Source: an uncultured virus (IMG/VR IMGVR_UViG_3300048549_001676)
Taxonomy: Duplodnaviria; Heunggongvirae; Uroviricota; Caudoviricetes
Virus record (IMG/VR): IMGVR_UViG_3300048549_001676
Length of the DNA: 64,000 bases
Reading direction: 5' to 3' (one strand)
Shown here: positions 7,641 through 17,900 of the stretch, piece by piece
Numbering within the stretch: the first letter of the stretch is position 1
Layout of the letters: the number at the start of each line of letters is the position of its first letter
The notes under the pieces: model-generated
The model's input: only the letters and a program-made list of their open reading frames with translations
What the model was told of the DNA's origin: nothing
Database searches by the model: none
Program-made: the position numbers and the translations under genes

Positions 7641-8971
7641 TTTATCATCCCGGCTGCAAGAGTTTCGTTTGTTTGTGTATCAATTAAAACGAAACTACCA
7701 TTTGCACGATTGCTTTCAAAATCATCAAAGTTGATTGGTTTACTTGTTTTTATGCTGATTCTAGCAATATCATTTAAACCAATTTTTAATGTTTGATCTT
7801 CTGCTTTACTAAAAGTATTAACATCTAAAGTATAAACTTTTTTTGTAATCATTGCAGTTACCTCGTTGCTTCCATGCTTTAAAATGTATTTTTTTCGTGG
7901 AAGCATTTGATCTTCAGACGTCCAACAAATCATTGCATCAAAGTTCTGAGATACTTTTGGAAGATTATCCACACGTGCAATCATATCTCCTCTACCTGCA
8001 TCTATATCATCTTCAAGTGTCATTATTACACTTGCAGGTGTGCAGGCCTCGGTAAGTTCGTCTTTGTATAAACGCATATCTTTTATTCGTGTTTCAAATC
8101 CACTCGGAAGAATACTTACTTTTTGTCCTACCTCAAAACGACCACTTACTATTTTACCAGCATAACCACGAAAGTCATGCCACTCATCAGAATGAGGACG
8201 AATAACAGTTTGAATATCAAATCGTGCGTCCACCAAATTGTTGTCTGAGAAAATCTCAATGTTCTCAAGCATACCAAGCAAATGACCACCTTTGTACCAT
8301 TTGGTTTTTTGACTTTTGGTTGTAACATTGTCTCCTTTTAATGCTGATATAGGAATAAAACGAATATCATTACAACGAAGTTTTGCACTAAATTGCTTTA
8401 ATTGCTGACGAATTTTGTTAAACTTTGCTTCATCATAATCAATCAAGTCCATTTTATTTACCGCATAAATAACATGAGGTATCTTTAAAAGACTTGCAAT
8501 AAAAGAGTGTCTACGTGTTTGCTCTGAAATTCCTTTTCGTGCATCCACTAAAATAATTGCGACATTGCTTTTGCTTGCACCTGTAATCATGTTACGAGTA
8601 TATTGTACATGACCAGGTGTATCTGAAATAATAAACTTGCGATTCGCAGTGTTGAAATAACGATATGCTACATCAATTGTAATTCCTTGTTCACGTTCAC
8701 TTTTAAGACCATCTGTAAGATACGCAAGATTTACATCTTCTTCACCTTTCTTTTTACTTGTAACACGAACTGCTTCGTATTGATCTTTCATTACACTTTT
8801 TGTATCATAAAGCAAACGTCCAATTAATGTACTTTTACCATCATCTACACTACCCGCAGTTGAAAGACGAAGAAGTTCATTGTTCTGTAACTTATCAACA
8901 TTCTTTTTTGGTTCTTCTTTTGTGTTGTCCACAGGTTTCTTGTTTTGATTTTTTTTGTTGTTCTTGTCCAT
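7637..8971 (-). CDS. cysN: sulfate adenylyltransferase subunit 1 (GTPase)
   Basis: GSVDDGKSTLIGRLLYD, EREQGITIDVAYRYF, DTPGH, NKMD; start set at MDKNN just after cysD stop; no fused APS kinase. Confidence 0.95.
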   Translation of the reverse strand: MDKNNKKNQNKKPVDNTKEEPKKNVDKLQNNELLRLSTAGSVDDGKSTLIGRLLYDTKSVMKDQYEAVRVTSKKKGEEDVNLAYLTDGLKSEREQGITIDVAYRYFNTANRKFIISDTPGHVQYTRNMITGASKSNVAIILVDARKGISEQTRRHSFIASLLKIPHVIYAVNKMDLIDYDEAKFNKIRQQLKQFSAKLRCNDIRFIPISALKGDNVTTKSQKTKWYKGGHLLGMLENIEIFSDNNLVDARFDIQTVIRPHSDEWHDFRGYAGKIVSGRFEVGQKVSILPSGFETRIKDMRLYKDELTEACTPASVIMTLEDDIDAGRGDMIARVDNLPKVSQNFDAMICWTSEDQMLPRKKYILKHGSNEVTAMITKKVYTLDVNTFSKAEDQTLKIGLNDIARISIKTSKPINFDDFESNRANGSFVLIDTQTNETLAAGMIK

Positions 8972-8972
8972 C

Positions 8973-9878
8973 TTAGAAATATCCTTGTTGCTTACGATCT
9001 TCCATACTTGTTTCGGATTTTTTATCGTCACCACGGGTTCCTCGTTCAGTTGTGGTTGCACTTGCTACTTCTGCGATAATATCATCAATTGTTTCTGCTT
9101 TACTTTCACACGCACCTGTACAAGTTACATCTCCGACTGAACGAAAACGAACCACTTTATCTACAAGTTTTTCTCCGTCTTTTAATTTAACATAATCAGC
9201 ATGACCATATAAAACTCCGTCACGTTCATAACATTTTCTTTTATGTGAAAAGTATAATGAAGGTAAAGGAATATTTTCTTGTTTAATGTAAGTCCAAACA
9301 TCAAGTTCTGTCCAATTGCTTATTGGAAATACTCTAAAGTGTTCACCTTGATTTTTTCTTCCGTTAAATGCGTCCCAAATTTCTGGTCGTTGATTTTTTG
9401 GGTCCCATTGACCAAAATCATCACGATGAGAAAAAAATCGTTCTTTTGCTCTTGCTTTTTCTTCATCTCGTCTTGCACCACCAATACAAGCATCAAACTT
9501 ATGATGTTCTATTGCATCAAGAAGAACAGGTATTTGAAGTTCATTTCGTGTTGCACCAATTCCAGTTTCATCGTGAACCAATCCTTCTTTGATCGCATCT
9601 TCAACTTTGCGATCAAACAATGTGACATTATATTGCTTTAATATTTCGTCACGGAATTTCATGACTTCTGGAAAGTTGTGACCTGTGTCAACGTGCAACG
9701 CAACAAAAGGTGAGTTTGCAGGATAAAATGCTTTTGCGATGAGGTGAAGGCAAACTAAACTATCTTTACCACCACTGAAAAGCAATCCAGTAGTTGAAAA
9801 TTGAGCACTTGCTTCTCGTAATACATGAATGCTTTCTGCTTCAAGTTCTTCTAAGTGTGTTAAATTACATTTTTTCAT
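8973..9878 (-). CDS. cysD: sulfate adenylyltransferase subunit 2
   Basis: LEELEAESIH, FSGGKDS, GGARRDEEKARAKER, WDPKNQRPE, SMEDRKQQGYF. Confidence 0.96.
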   Translation of the reverse strand: MKKCNLTHLEELEAESIHVLREASAQFSTTGLLFSGGKDSLVCLHLIAKAFYPANSPFVALHVDTGHNFPEVMKFRDEILKQYNVTLFDRKVEDAIKEGLVHDETGIGATRNELQIPVLLDAIEHHKFDACIGGARRDEEKARAKERFFSHRDDFGQWDPKNQRPEIWDAFNGRKNQGEHFRVFPISNWTELDVWTYIKQENIPLPSLYFSHKRKCYERDGVLYGHADYVKLKDGEKLVDKVVRFRSVGDVTCTGACESKAETIDDIIAEVASATTTERGTRGDDKKSETSMEDRKQQGYF

Positions 9879-9893
9879 CTCTTCATATAAATA

Positions 9894-10475
9894 TTAAATT
9901 GGTTGATTTATTATAAAATTAAATAATATATTCGCACAATATTTTATAGTATTATTTGTAGTATCTATAATCAAATCAGGATCACTTGGTTGCTCAAACA
10001 TATTCAATGATTTATTCATGTTTTTCAAATTATTTTTGTATAATCCTTTGACATCACGTTTTTTAACTTCATCATGTGATGCTTTAATATAAATTAAACG
10101 AAAACGTTCTCCAATTATTTTTTGTGCTTGAATACGACTTTCTTCAGTTGGTGATATAAAACAATTAATTGTACTTGTTCCATTTTCGACAAACATTTTT
10201 GAAATCTCAGCACTTCTACGAATATTTTCTATACGAGATTTCACACTTAAATCCAAATCTGAATTTATGGTGCTACGCATATTATCTCCATCTAAACATT
10301 TTACCCAATATTGTTCTTCAAGTAACATTTTTTCTACGACCTTTGCAAGTGTGCTTTTACCACTTCCACTATTACCAACCAACCAAAACGCATATGCTTT
10401 TCTGCCACTTGCATTTTCAAAGTAATCAGCCGACAAATAGTCTGTCGGAAAAAATTGGTCACCATCATTTCCCAT
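9894..10475 (-). CDS. cysC: adenylyl-sulfate (APS) kinase
   Basis: WLVGNSGSGKSTLA, LDGDNMR, RIENIRR, FISP, RDVKGLYK. Confidence 0.9.
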   Translation of the reverse strand: MGNDGDQFFPTDYLSADYFENASGRKAYAFWLVGNSGSGKSTLAKVVEKMLLEEQYWVKCLDGDNMRSTINSDLDLSVKSRIENIRRSAEISKMFVENGTSTINCFISPTEESRIQAQKIIGERFRLIYIKASHDEVKKRDVKGLYKNNLKNMNKSLNMFEQPSDPDLIIDTTNNTIKYCANILFNFIINQPI

Positions 10476-10498
10476 ATTATAATAAGTATATAAATTTG

Positions 10499-10615
10499 CT
10501 ATTTTTTAAATATCTTCGTATAAATTCTATATAGAAATTTTCGGAATATTACACATACTCCTGTTGTTGTCAAAGCGAATTTAATCAACAACACTTTTAT
10601 ACAAATCGGACACAT
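10499..10615 (-). CDS. small MCPIC-start hydrophobic/basic peptide (38 aa)
   Basis: Manual translation MCPICIKVLLIKFALTTTGVCVIFRKFLYRIYTKIFKK fills the intergenic gap. Confidence 0.4.
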   Translation of the reverse strand: MCPICIKVLLIKFALTTTGVCVIFRKFLYRIYTKIFKK

Positions 10616-10625
10616 AATAAATTAA

Positions 10626-11225
10626 TTATGAATCAAGTTTCTTCATTTTCTTTTCTAACTCAGAAACTCTCTTTTTAATATTACTTTGTGATTTTTCTAA
10701 CTTCTTTTCAAGATGCAATAATCTTTCTTTGCGATATGCATCTTTTTTCATCAAACTATCAACATTGTCTTGTTGTTCTGCAATTTTAATACTTTCAGCA
10801 ACTGCTCTTGCATACTTTAAATTTTTGATGTCGTTTCGCATTTTTCTTAAAGTTTCTGCAAACTCTTTTGTAAATCCGGAATCTCTTTCAATGTATTCTG
10901 CAAGTTTGTTTTTTTGAAATTCAAAATGGTCGTTTAATAAATTAGTTGTTTTAGAAACTTCCTCTATGCTTTTTATTATACTCACATCATTTGCACTATT
11001 TTTTTGATTTGCATCTGTATATAATTTTGCTTGTGTTTTGATTTGCTCTTGAAGTAACGTAAGTGTCGTGTTGATATCAGCAATTTTTAAATGTGCTTCC
11101 ATATCATTCTCGTTATCACGTCTCATATAATCTTGAAGTTTATCAAGTTGCCATGTCAACTCTGATTCAATAATTCTTAAATTCTTGTTCAAGTCATCAA
11201 GTTCTCTTTTTACATCATCTTCCAT
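10626..11225 (-). CDS. coiled-coil hypothetical protein
   Basis: 199 aa, heptad-rich. Confidence 0.75.
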   Translation of the reverse strand: MEDDVKRELDDLNKNLRIIESELTWQLDKLQDYMRRDNENDMEAHLKIADINTTLTLLQEQIKTQAKLYTDANQKNSANDVSIIKSIEEVSKTTNLLNDHFEFQKNKLAEYIERDSGFTKEFAETLRKMRNDIKNLKYARAVAESIKIAEQQDNVDSLMKKDAYRKERLLHLEKKLEKSQSNIKKRVSELEKKMKKLDS

Positions 11226-11227
11226 TT

Positions 11228-12478
11228 TTATTTCCCCATTTTTTCATTTTCAAATTTTTTATCCCAATCAATATTTCCGTTTTCATCAATATAAGGTGGA
11301 GTCGGAATATCAACATCATTCTTATTAAACGCATAAATTACTCCCACAATAGATGCAATCAAAACAACTCCCAATACAATAAACATTGTCTTGTTATTTT
11401 TCTTTGGTTTATTTTTTGGAGGTTTTGGTGTTGGTGTAGGAGTTTTGGTTGGCGTTGGTGTAGGAGTCTCCGTTGGTGTAGGAGTCGGTGTCGGTGTCGG
11501 TGTTAGTGAAGGTGTTGGTGTAGGTGTCGGAGTAGGTGTTGGAACTGGTTGTTCTTCCCCACCACCACCGATAAGTTTCTCTACATCAATAACTCCATAA
11601 CCCCACGAATTGTCACGGCCGACTTCACCTTTGTCTTTGGTGTATTTAAGAAGATGCTCACGAATTTGTTCAACTGTTTTACAGTCGTTTTTACCTGTGT
11701 CTGCTTCTTGTTTTTTGTGCTTTGCGAGCATCAGTGCAACGACACCAGCAATAAACGGACACGCCATTGAAGTTCCACTTAAACTAGCATATCCATTGTT
11801 AAGATATGTACTATAAATGTTTACACCAGGAGCAGCCCATTCTACTTTTTCTCCTTTAGAAGAAAATCTTGCTACATTTCCGTATTTGTCGTAGGCTGCA
11901 ATTGCGATTGTTTCATCAAAAGCAGCCGGATAATTTACTCCTCCGTCCCCTGAGTTACCCGCCGCACATACCACTGGAATATTCATGTCATATAATTTCT
12001 TTATACGTGAATGCATTGCAGATGACGGTGCAGAACCACCTAAACTCATACTTACCAAGTCAGGTTTCATTTCAATCGCATAATCCAATGCCTCTGTTAA
12101 TCCTTGATAACTTCCACTTCCATTTTTGTTTAATGCTTTCACAGAAATGCATTTTGCATTCGGAGCAACTCCAACCATTCCAGTTTCATTGTCTTTCGCA
12201 CAAATAATACCTGTACAATGTAACTGATGACCATTTTCATCTATAATTGGTTCGTTTGGTATGCAATTTTTTCCTTCAATCGCATTATCACCTATATCAG
12301 GATGTACAGGATGTCCTGTATCAATTACCATAACAGTAATTCCGTCACCTTTTGTAATGCTCCATGTTTTTGGTACATTCAATTGTCGCAATCCCCAATC
12401 TATTCTTTGACTGAGTGTACCAAGTTCCTCGTTTACCTCTACTGGAGGTAATTTTATTTCAGTATCATCCATCTTCAT
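11228..12478 (-). CDS. subtilisin-like S8 serine protease with PT linker and C-terminal TM anchor
   Basis: VIDTG (Asp), NGHQLHCTG (His), [14 protein letters not shown] (Ser); (PT)n; [19 protein letters not shown]. Confidence 0.92.
   Translation of the reverse strand: MKMDDTEIKLPPVEVNEELGTLSQRIDWGLRQLNVPKTWSITKGDGITVMVIDTGHPVHPDIGDNAIEGKNCIPNEPIIDENGHQLHCTGIICAKDNETGMVGVAPNAKCISVKALNKNGSGSYQGLTEALDYAIEMKPDLVSMSLGGSAPSSAMHSRIKKLYDMNIPVVCAAGNSGDGGVNYPAAFDETIAIAAYDKYGNVARFSSKGEKVEWAAPGVNIYSTYLNNGYASLSGTSMACPFIAGVVALMLAKHKKQEADTGKNDCKTVEQIREHLLKYTKDKGEVGRDNSWGYGVIDVEKLIGGGGEEQPVPTPTPTPTPTPSLTPTPTPTPTPTETPTPTPTKTPTPTPKPPKNKPKKNNKTMFIVLGVVLIASIVGVIYAFNKNDVDIPTPPYIDENGNIDWDKKFENEKMGK
11420..11548 (-). 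repeat. (Pro-Thr)n coding low-complexity repeat
   Basis: [44 protein letters not shown]. Confidence 0.9.
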
Positions 12479-12489
12479 TTCTCGTTGAA

Positions 12490-14916
12490 TTATTTAATTC
12501 CAACAAACCTAGTGATTGAGAATCCAGTTTCATCATCTGCTATCTCTAAGGTTGGATTTACCATAAATTTTGTAGGCATAGTAAGTTTATCATCATACTC
12601 TACTTCTAATGAATATGGCATACTTTTAATATTCTCCATAATATAATCAAATAATTCATCAATGGTATGATATTTTTCTAAATCTACTTGGTAATTCATT
12701 TCATCTGTCGGATCGACATACTTCACGGATTTTATTTCATTTTCCGCAACATGAACTTCCACTAAACTTGTGTATTCTTCTACACAATAACATTCCCATT
12801 TAAAGTTAAATTTGTATTCTGTTATACCAAGTTTTTTCCATGATTCTTGTACTTTTTGAACTTCTTTAAGTTTTGCTTCATCATATTGCTTCTCAGAATC
12901 CTGTGGTTTTTCATAAAAGTTGCCAGTCGTTGGAGTTGGTGTTCTTTCATAAAAGTTGCCAGTCGTTGGAGTTGGTGTTCTTTCATAAAAGTTGCCAGTC
13001 GTTGGAGTTGGTGTTCTTTCATAAAAGTTACCAGTCGTTGGAGTTGGTGTTCTTTCATAAAAGTTGCCAGTCGTTGGAGTTGGTGTTGGAGTTTCGCATG
13101 GTCTACCTGTGTATTTGATATTGTCTCCACTAAGATTTCCAAGAACTCCATTACTCGGAGAAACTGTTCCTTCTCTTCGTGTCATAGCAAGTGGATAAAA
13201 CGATACAAGTTTTTCAAAATCTTCAACCTCAGTCCATCCGTATGACCAGTGTGTTCTATTATATGGCATAACAATATACAATGTTCTTTCGGATTTTTTG
13301 TATTCTATTCTTGGTGTTCCATTTTGCTGACCGGAACTTGCAACAAAACCATAATGTGTGTAGTTACCTCCGGATGTATAAACATAATGTACTTTGCAAG
13401 CACCTGCCCATTCTCCTAACAACGTAAGTATAACTTTTCCAGTTTTGCCAGCTGCAACTCTTACACTAAACGGAACATCTAAAGGTTCATTAGTTGGAGT
13501 TGGTGTAGGAGTAGGTGTTGGACTTGGAATACTTGTTTTTACGATTGCACCCTTTGGATGATCGTTCAACAATGGTGTTTCCAAAATCAAAGGAAAGAAT
13601 CGTGCAACAATTCCCACTTCTTCAATTTCTGTATCAGGACTTATTATTACTCTTGATCCAACTGGAAATGATTCTAACATCATTTCAAGACTCATATCAA
13701 GAACCAAAGCAACATATCCTTTTGGAGCTTCAACTGCAAGTGTTGAAGAATAAATCTGAGTTGTTGGTGTTGGTGTTGTTTGATATATACACTCTCCGTA
13801 GGTTACGTTTGGTAAGTCAATTATTTCTCCGTTCTCATTTTCTTGCATCCATGCACCTAACCAAGGCCAGTTTCCGTTTGCATTGCTTGGAGTCATAGTT
13901 GCTAAAATTGTGTGCGAATCTTCATCAGATGGAGATGTAATAACCCATGTATCACGTTCACCGGAATAATGAATATAAGTTAAATCCTTTTTCCAATATG
14001 CAATTCCTTGATGTGTATTTTTTGCAATTGTATAGGTTCCTGAAAATTCGTTTCCGTCTCCAAAATCAATACACAACTCATTTGGTATCTCTACATCAGG
14101 ACTTTCTATTTCAAGACCCTCCAATACCTTTGCGTGTCTGAGTTCAAGACTCAAATTTGTTGTATCAGGACGACCATCGATATGTCTAAATACATTTTTG
14201 CCTCCGTCATCTACCATAAATCCTACCAAAATAAAATCTTTGTCGGTAAGATATACATTTTTAATGTTAAGGTCTAATGTTGGTGCAACTGAACCACGAA
14301 TTGCAGAAGTATTGGAAGTAGTACCAAGAACCTCTAAAATCTGATCCGTTTCTGCACTCACTTTATATACTCTCATTGACTGAGATAAAATATCAACATT
14401 GGTATCAGATGGTTCGATTGCAACATTTACATCAACATCATAAAATCCTGTTACATTGGGTTTTAATCCACGGTGGCCACTTGTGCTTGTGAAGGTCCAA
14501 TCCTCCATTTCCATAGCATAATTTCCGTCAAACGAAAGACGTCTCCATGTATTGTTAACACGGTTTATTGTACCTGAATTTAAATAAACTTTTGATTGAA
14601 CAACCAAGTCCTCATGTGATAAATCTTCAGCATGATCTTCAACTACTCCTTCCAATGCTTTAACACGTTCTACCATACGACCTTGCTTGGTATCAAGTTT
14701 TTTCTCTAAACCTGCAATTCTTTCTTTTTTGTTGTCGTTGGCTGCGTCTAAGTTAGCAATTTGGTTTTTGTATTGTTTAACTTTTTGTTCTAATTCAGAA
14801 ACACGACTCGTCACACGACCTTGTTTGTTATCAAGTTTTTTTGATAATGTGTCGATTTCGTTCTTGAGTTTGTTTATCTCTTTTAATAATTCTTCGTTTG
14901 TCATAATATGCTCCAA
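12490..14916 (-). CDS. multidomain putative virion/surface protein (coiled coil, C1q/TNF-like beta domain, PT linkers, C-terminal DUF6174-like)
   Basis: N-terminal heptads; LKPNVTGFYDVDVNV; TPTPT linkers; C-terminal W..LGITEY...CYC...TIDELFD...V.YD...DDE pattern. Confidence 0.7.
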   Translation of the reverse strand: MEHIMTNEELLKEINKLKNEIDTLSKKLDNKQGRVTSRVSELEQKVKQYKNQIANLDAANDNKKERIAGLEKKLDTKQGRMVERVKALEGVVEDHAEDLSHEDLVVQSKVYLNSGTINRVNNTWRRLSFDGNYAMEMEDWTFTSTSGHRGLKPNVTGFYDVDVNVAIEPSDTNVDILSQSMRVYKVSAETDQILEVLGTTSNTSAIRGSVAPTLDLNIKNVYLTDKDFILVGFMVDDGGKNVFRHIDGRPDTTNLSLELRHAKVLEGLEIESPDVEIPNELCIDFGDGNEFSGTYTIAKNTHQGIAYWKKDLTYIHYSGERDTWVITSPSDEDSHTILATMTPSNANGNWPWLGAWMQENENGEIIDLPNVTYGECIYQTTPTPTTQIYSSTLAVEAPKGYVALVLDMSLEMMLESFPVGSRVIISPDTEIEEVGIVARFFPLILETPLLNDHPKGAIVKTSIPSPTPTPTPTPTNEPLDVPFSVRVAAGKTGKVILTLLGEWAGACKVHYVYTSGGNYTHYGFVASSGQQNGTPRIEYKKSERTLYIVMPYNRTHWSYGWTEVEDFEKLVSFYPLAMTRREGTVSPSNGVLGNLSGDNIKYTGRPCETPTPTPTTGNFYERTPTPTTGNFYERTPTPTTGNFYERTPTPTTGNFYERTPTPTTGNFYEKPQDSEKQYDEAKLKEVQKVQESWKKLGITEYKFNFKWECYCVEEYTSLVEVHVAENEIKSVKYVDPTDEMNYQVDLEKYHTIDELFDYIMENIKSMPYSLEVEYDDKLTMPTKFMVNPTLEIADDETGFSITRFVGIK
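12908..13087 (-). repeat. 5 x 36-bp in-frame tandem repeat (TPTPTTGNFYER)
   Basis: Near-identical units TTCATAAAAGTTGCCAGTCGTTGGAGTTGGTGTTCT with no spacers. Confidence 0.92.
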
Positions 14917-14930
14917 TTTAAAATAATAGT

Positions 14931-14959
14931 GGGAGGGTGCGATGCACCCTCCCTTTTTT
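14931..14959. terminator. GC-rich hairpin / terminator between fibre genes
   Basis: GGGAGGGTGC-GAT-GCACCCTCCC, with a T-run on the plus side and an AT-rich tail on the minus side. Confidence 0.6.
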
Positions 14960-14961
14960 AA

Positions 14962-17900
14962 TTATAATTCTTGTGTATCTGGATTATTTTTTCCCTCAAG
15001 TTTACTTAATCTTTCATTAATTGTTTTAATTGCATCGAGAATTCTAATGTGAACTGATTTAATTTCAGTCATTTCATTTCTATCAGATTTCATGTTTGCT
15101 TCAATCCAACCTTTGAGTGTAGAACTACCCCATCCGTAATTTCCTGGAAGTTTAACCATATCTTTTGTTTCAACCACAGGAGGTTCACCCCAATGAACTG
15201 GGAACTCTTTTGCTAAATCTTCACGTGTTTTTTCTATTTTCTCATCCATTTCACGAAGTTTAACATCTCGTTCTTCTTCCAGTTTACTGATTTTTGAACT
15301 TAGTTCAGCAGTAATCTCGGAATTATCTACATTACTCTCAGAGTCAACAACTTTGTTACTTTCAAGTTGCTTCATTTTTTGCATCTGAGTTTTATGTTTC
15401 TTTTCAAGTTTTTGCTCAAGATGACCCATTCTCTTTTTCTTGTTAGAATCAGCAACTTCAAGTTTTTCAATTTTGTTATTCAATTGCTTGATTGACATAA
15501 TCATTGGAGAAACAAACTCAGAGTAACGAAGACTCAACATATTATTATCTGAATTTGTTTCGTCATCCATTGACGGATCAACATATCCACTGAAGTCTTT
15601 TCCGTCCAACACGTCTGCAACATCTTGTGCAATCAAACCATAGTGTACACGATTATGCTTTAATGTGAATTCTTTACCAGTTTCTGGATCAACCTGAGTT
15701 TCATCTTTGTATTTGTATTTTACAGGTTTTAATTTTGTAATAAACTCAAGACCCAAATCAGATTTTTCTATTTGATGTTTTAATCGTCTATCAGAACCAG
15801 TATCAATATGATTTCGTGCATATATTTTATCAAAACGGTACATATAATTTGGAGTTCCCAAATCAACGTGTCCAAACTCAGGGAACATTGCTCCACCCAT
15901 TATTCTGATTATGGTTTTTCCGTCAGGATTTAATGATTTAGGATAAGCATTAAAATATTTATCTGAACCCTTTTCAATTGGCATTGTTGACACATATCCC
16001 TGTGCTCTGAGCATAATTGTACCCCAATCACGACTTCCGTCACCTGCTCTGATATTAATATCCCCCTTCGGTGCTTCTATGTGCAATGTTCTCGGACCAT
16101 CTTTAGAAGTATCAGGATCACGACTAGGATTTGTATGAGCAGTGATGTATGTATTTGCTTTATTGGATGTATCAATTCTCAAACGATCATTAAAAGAAAC
16201 TCTTGCAAGTTTGTCATTTTTACCATTACGTTCTCTTGGGTGTATATGAAATACACCATCGTTTGTTGTGAATAGGTGATTCCCGGCACCATTATTTTCA
16301 GACATTGAAATAACTTGTGCTCCACCGAATAATTGATGTCCGGATTTGTTGATGATTACATTATGAACCGTCAACGAACCTAGAATATTTGTGGTTGTTC
16401 CGTCAATTTTTAACGCATTACTTTCAAGTTTAGATAATTTAATATTATTAACATCAATTGTTCCATGACCACCACCGTTTGCTCGGAAATTATGATCTCC
16501 ATTACTTGAATTATATGTCATTGAACCACTTGATTCCATCAACTGACTATTTCCACTTCCAAACTTGATTTTATGAGACTTCATTGTTAAGTCACCTTGC
16601 AACTCAAGTTTTTCAGTTTTAAGTTGAGGCAATGTCATATTTGCAAGTTCAGCAACATCACCAGGAGGACCTTGTTCTCCTTGTGGTCCCATAGGACCTG
16701 TTTGTCCACTTGCACTGCCAGTTCCACCACCACCTCCGATTCTGAGAAGGTCTTGAATTGTTGGTGCATCACTATCAAGTTCATAAAAACCAGGCAATGT
16801 CCAGTCGATTGAATCTGTGCCTTTTCTTGAATAAAACAAATAAGTTCTGTGAGATTGTACACCAGTTGTTCCCATCTTGAAATCTGTATATTGAATCAAC
16901 TGCTTTCCGGTTGCCACGTCATACAATCCACCTAATCCAGAATTTGTTGTATTTGTATCATTGTTCGCACGAATAAATCCTACTGACAACAACCATTTGT
17001 CTTGTGGTAAATTGTTAATAATTCCATGATAAAAGTATGGATTTTTTGAAGTATCCGTGGTGGACCCATTCAAATTAAGAGTATCACCTGATTGTTTACA
17101 TCCGTGGTAAAATCTACCACTTACACTCGTTCCGTTTCTACGAACATAAACAACGGACATATAACCCGCATTTTTATTAAGTCCCTTGATTTGCTTGTTC
17201 CAACCACCATCTGCATTAGAAGCAGTATCATTGTTTCTTGCTTTCCAAATTTTAACTCTTCGCCCAAATGGATCAGTACCCCATGCTACGGAGTTCTCCG
17301 CAGGTGTTCCATTAACACCAAATGGAAGTTCATCTTGAGATGAGTAAGAACTTTTGCTAGTTGCAATTTCCCAATTTGCATTTGATGCGTAATTGATTAA
17401 TGTGGCATCTCCCTTTTCACCAGGATCACCCTTTTCACCATCTGCACCGTCTGCTCCAGGAGCACCTGGATCACCTTGAACTCCGTCTTGGCCTCTTTCA
17501 CCTTGTTCACCAGGAGGGCCGGGATCACCTTTGTCACCCTTTTCACCCTTTTCACCTTGTTCACCGGCAGGACCTTGTGGACCTACAAGTCCACCACCAC
17601 CGATTCCATTAAATGCGAAATATACTTCTCCTTCATCAAGTGCTACATCGTAAAACTTAACATCGTCAATACGACCATTAAATTGATAATGACCACGTGT
17701 TCCGATAGCACCCACACGCATACGTTCTGAACTATTTTTGAATGTATGCTTTGTGTGTTGTGGATATCCACGTGCAGAATTCGGTTGAGATTTGGTTGGA
17801 ATAACTTTTCCGTTTGCATATAAAGTACAAACACCATCGTTTAATACCCATGTTAAGTGAGTCCATTTATTTAATTCAGGTTTCCAATTATCAAGAGGAG

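Noticed and set aside
8955..9061. Long cysN/cysD overlap suggesting a programmed frameshift
   Set aside because: An ATG at 8971, directly after the cysD stop, gives a normal arrangement
12908..13087. 36-bp repeats as a CRISPR array
   Set aside because: Units are head-to-tail with no spacers and in frame within a CDS; no cas genes
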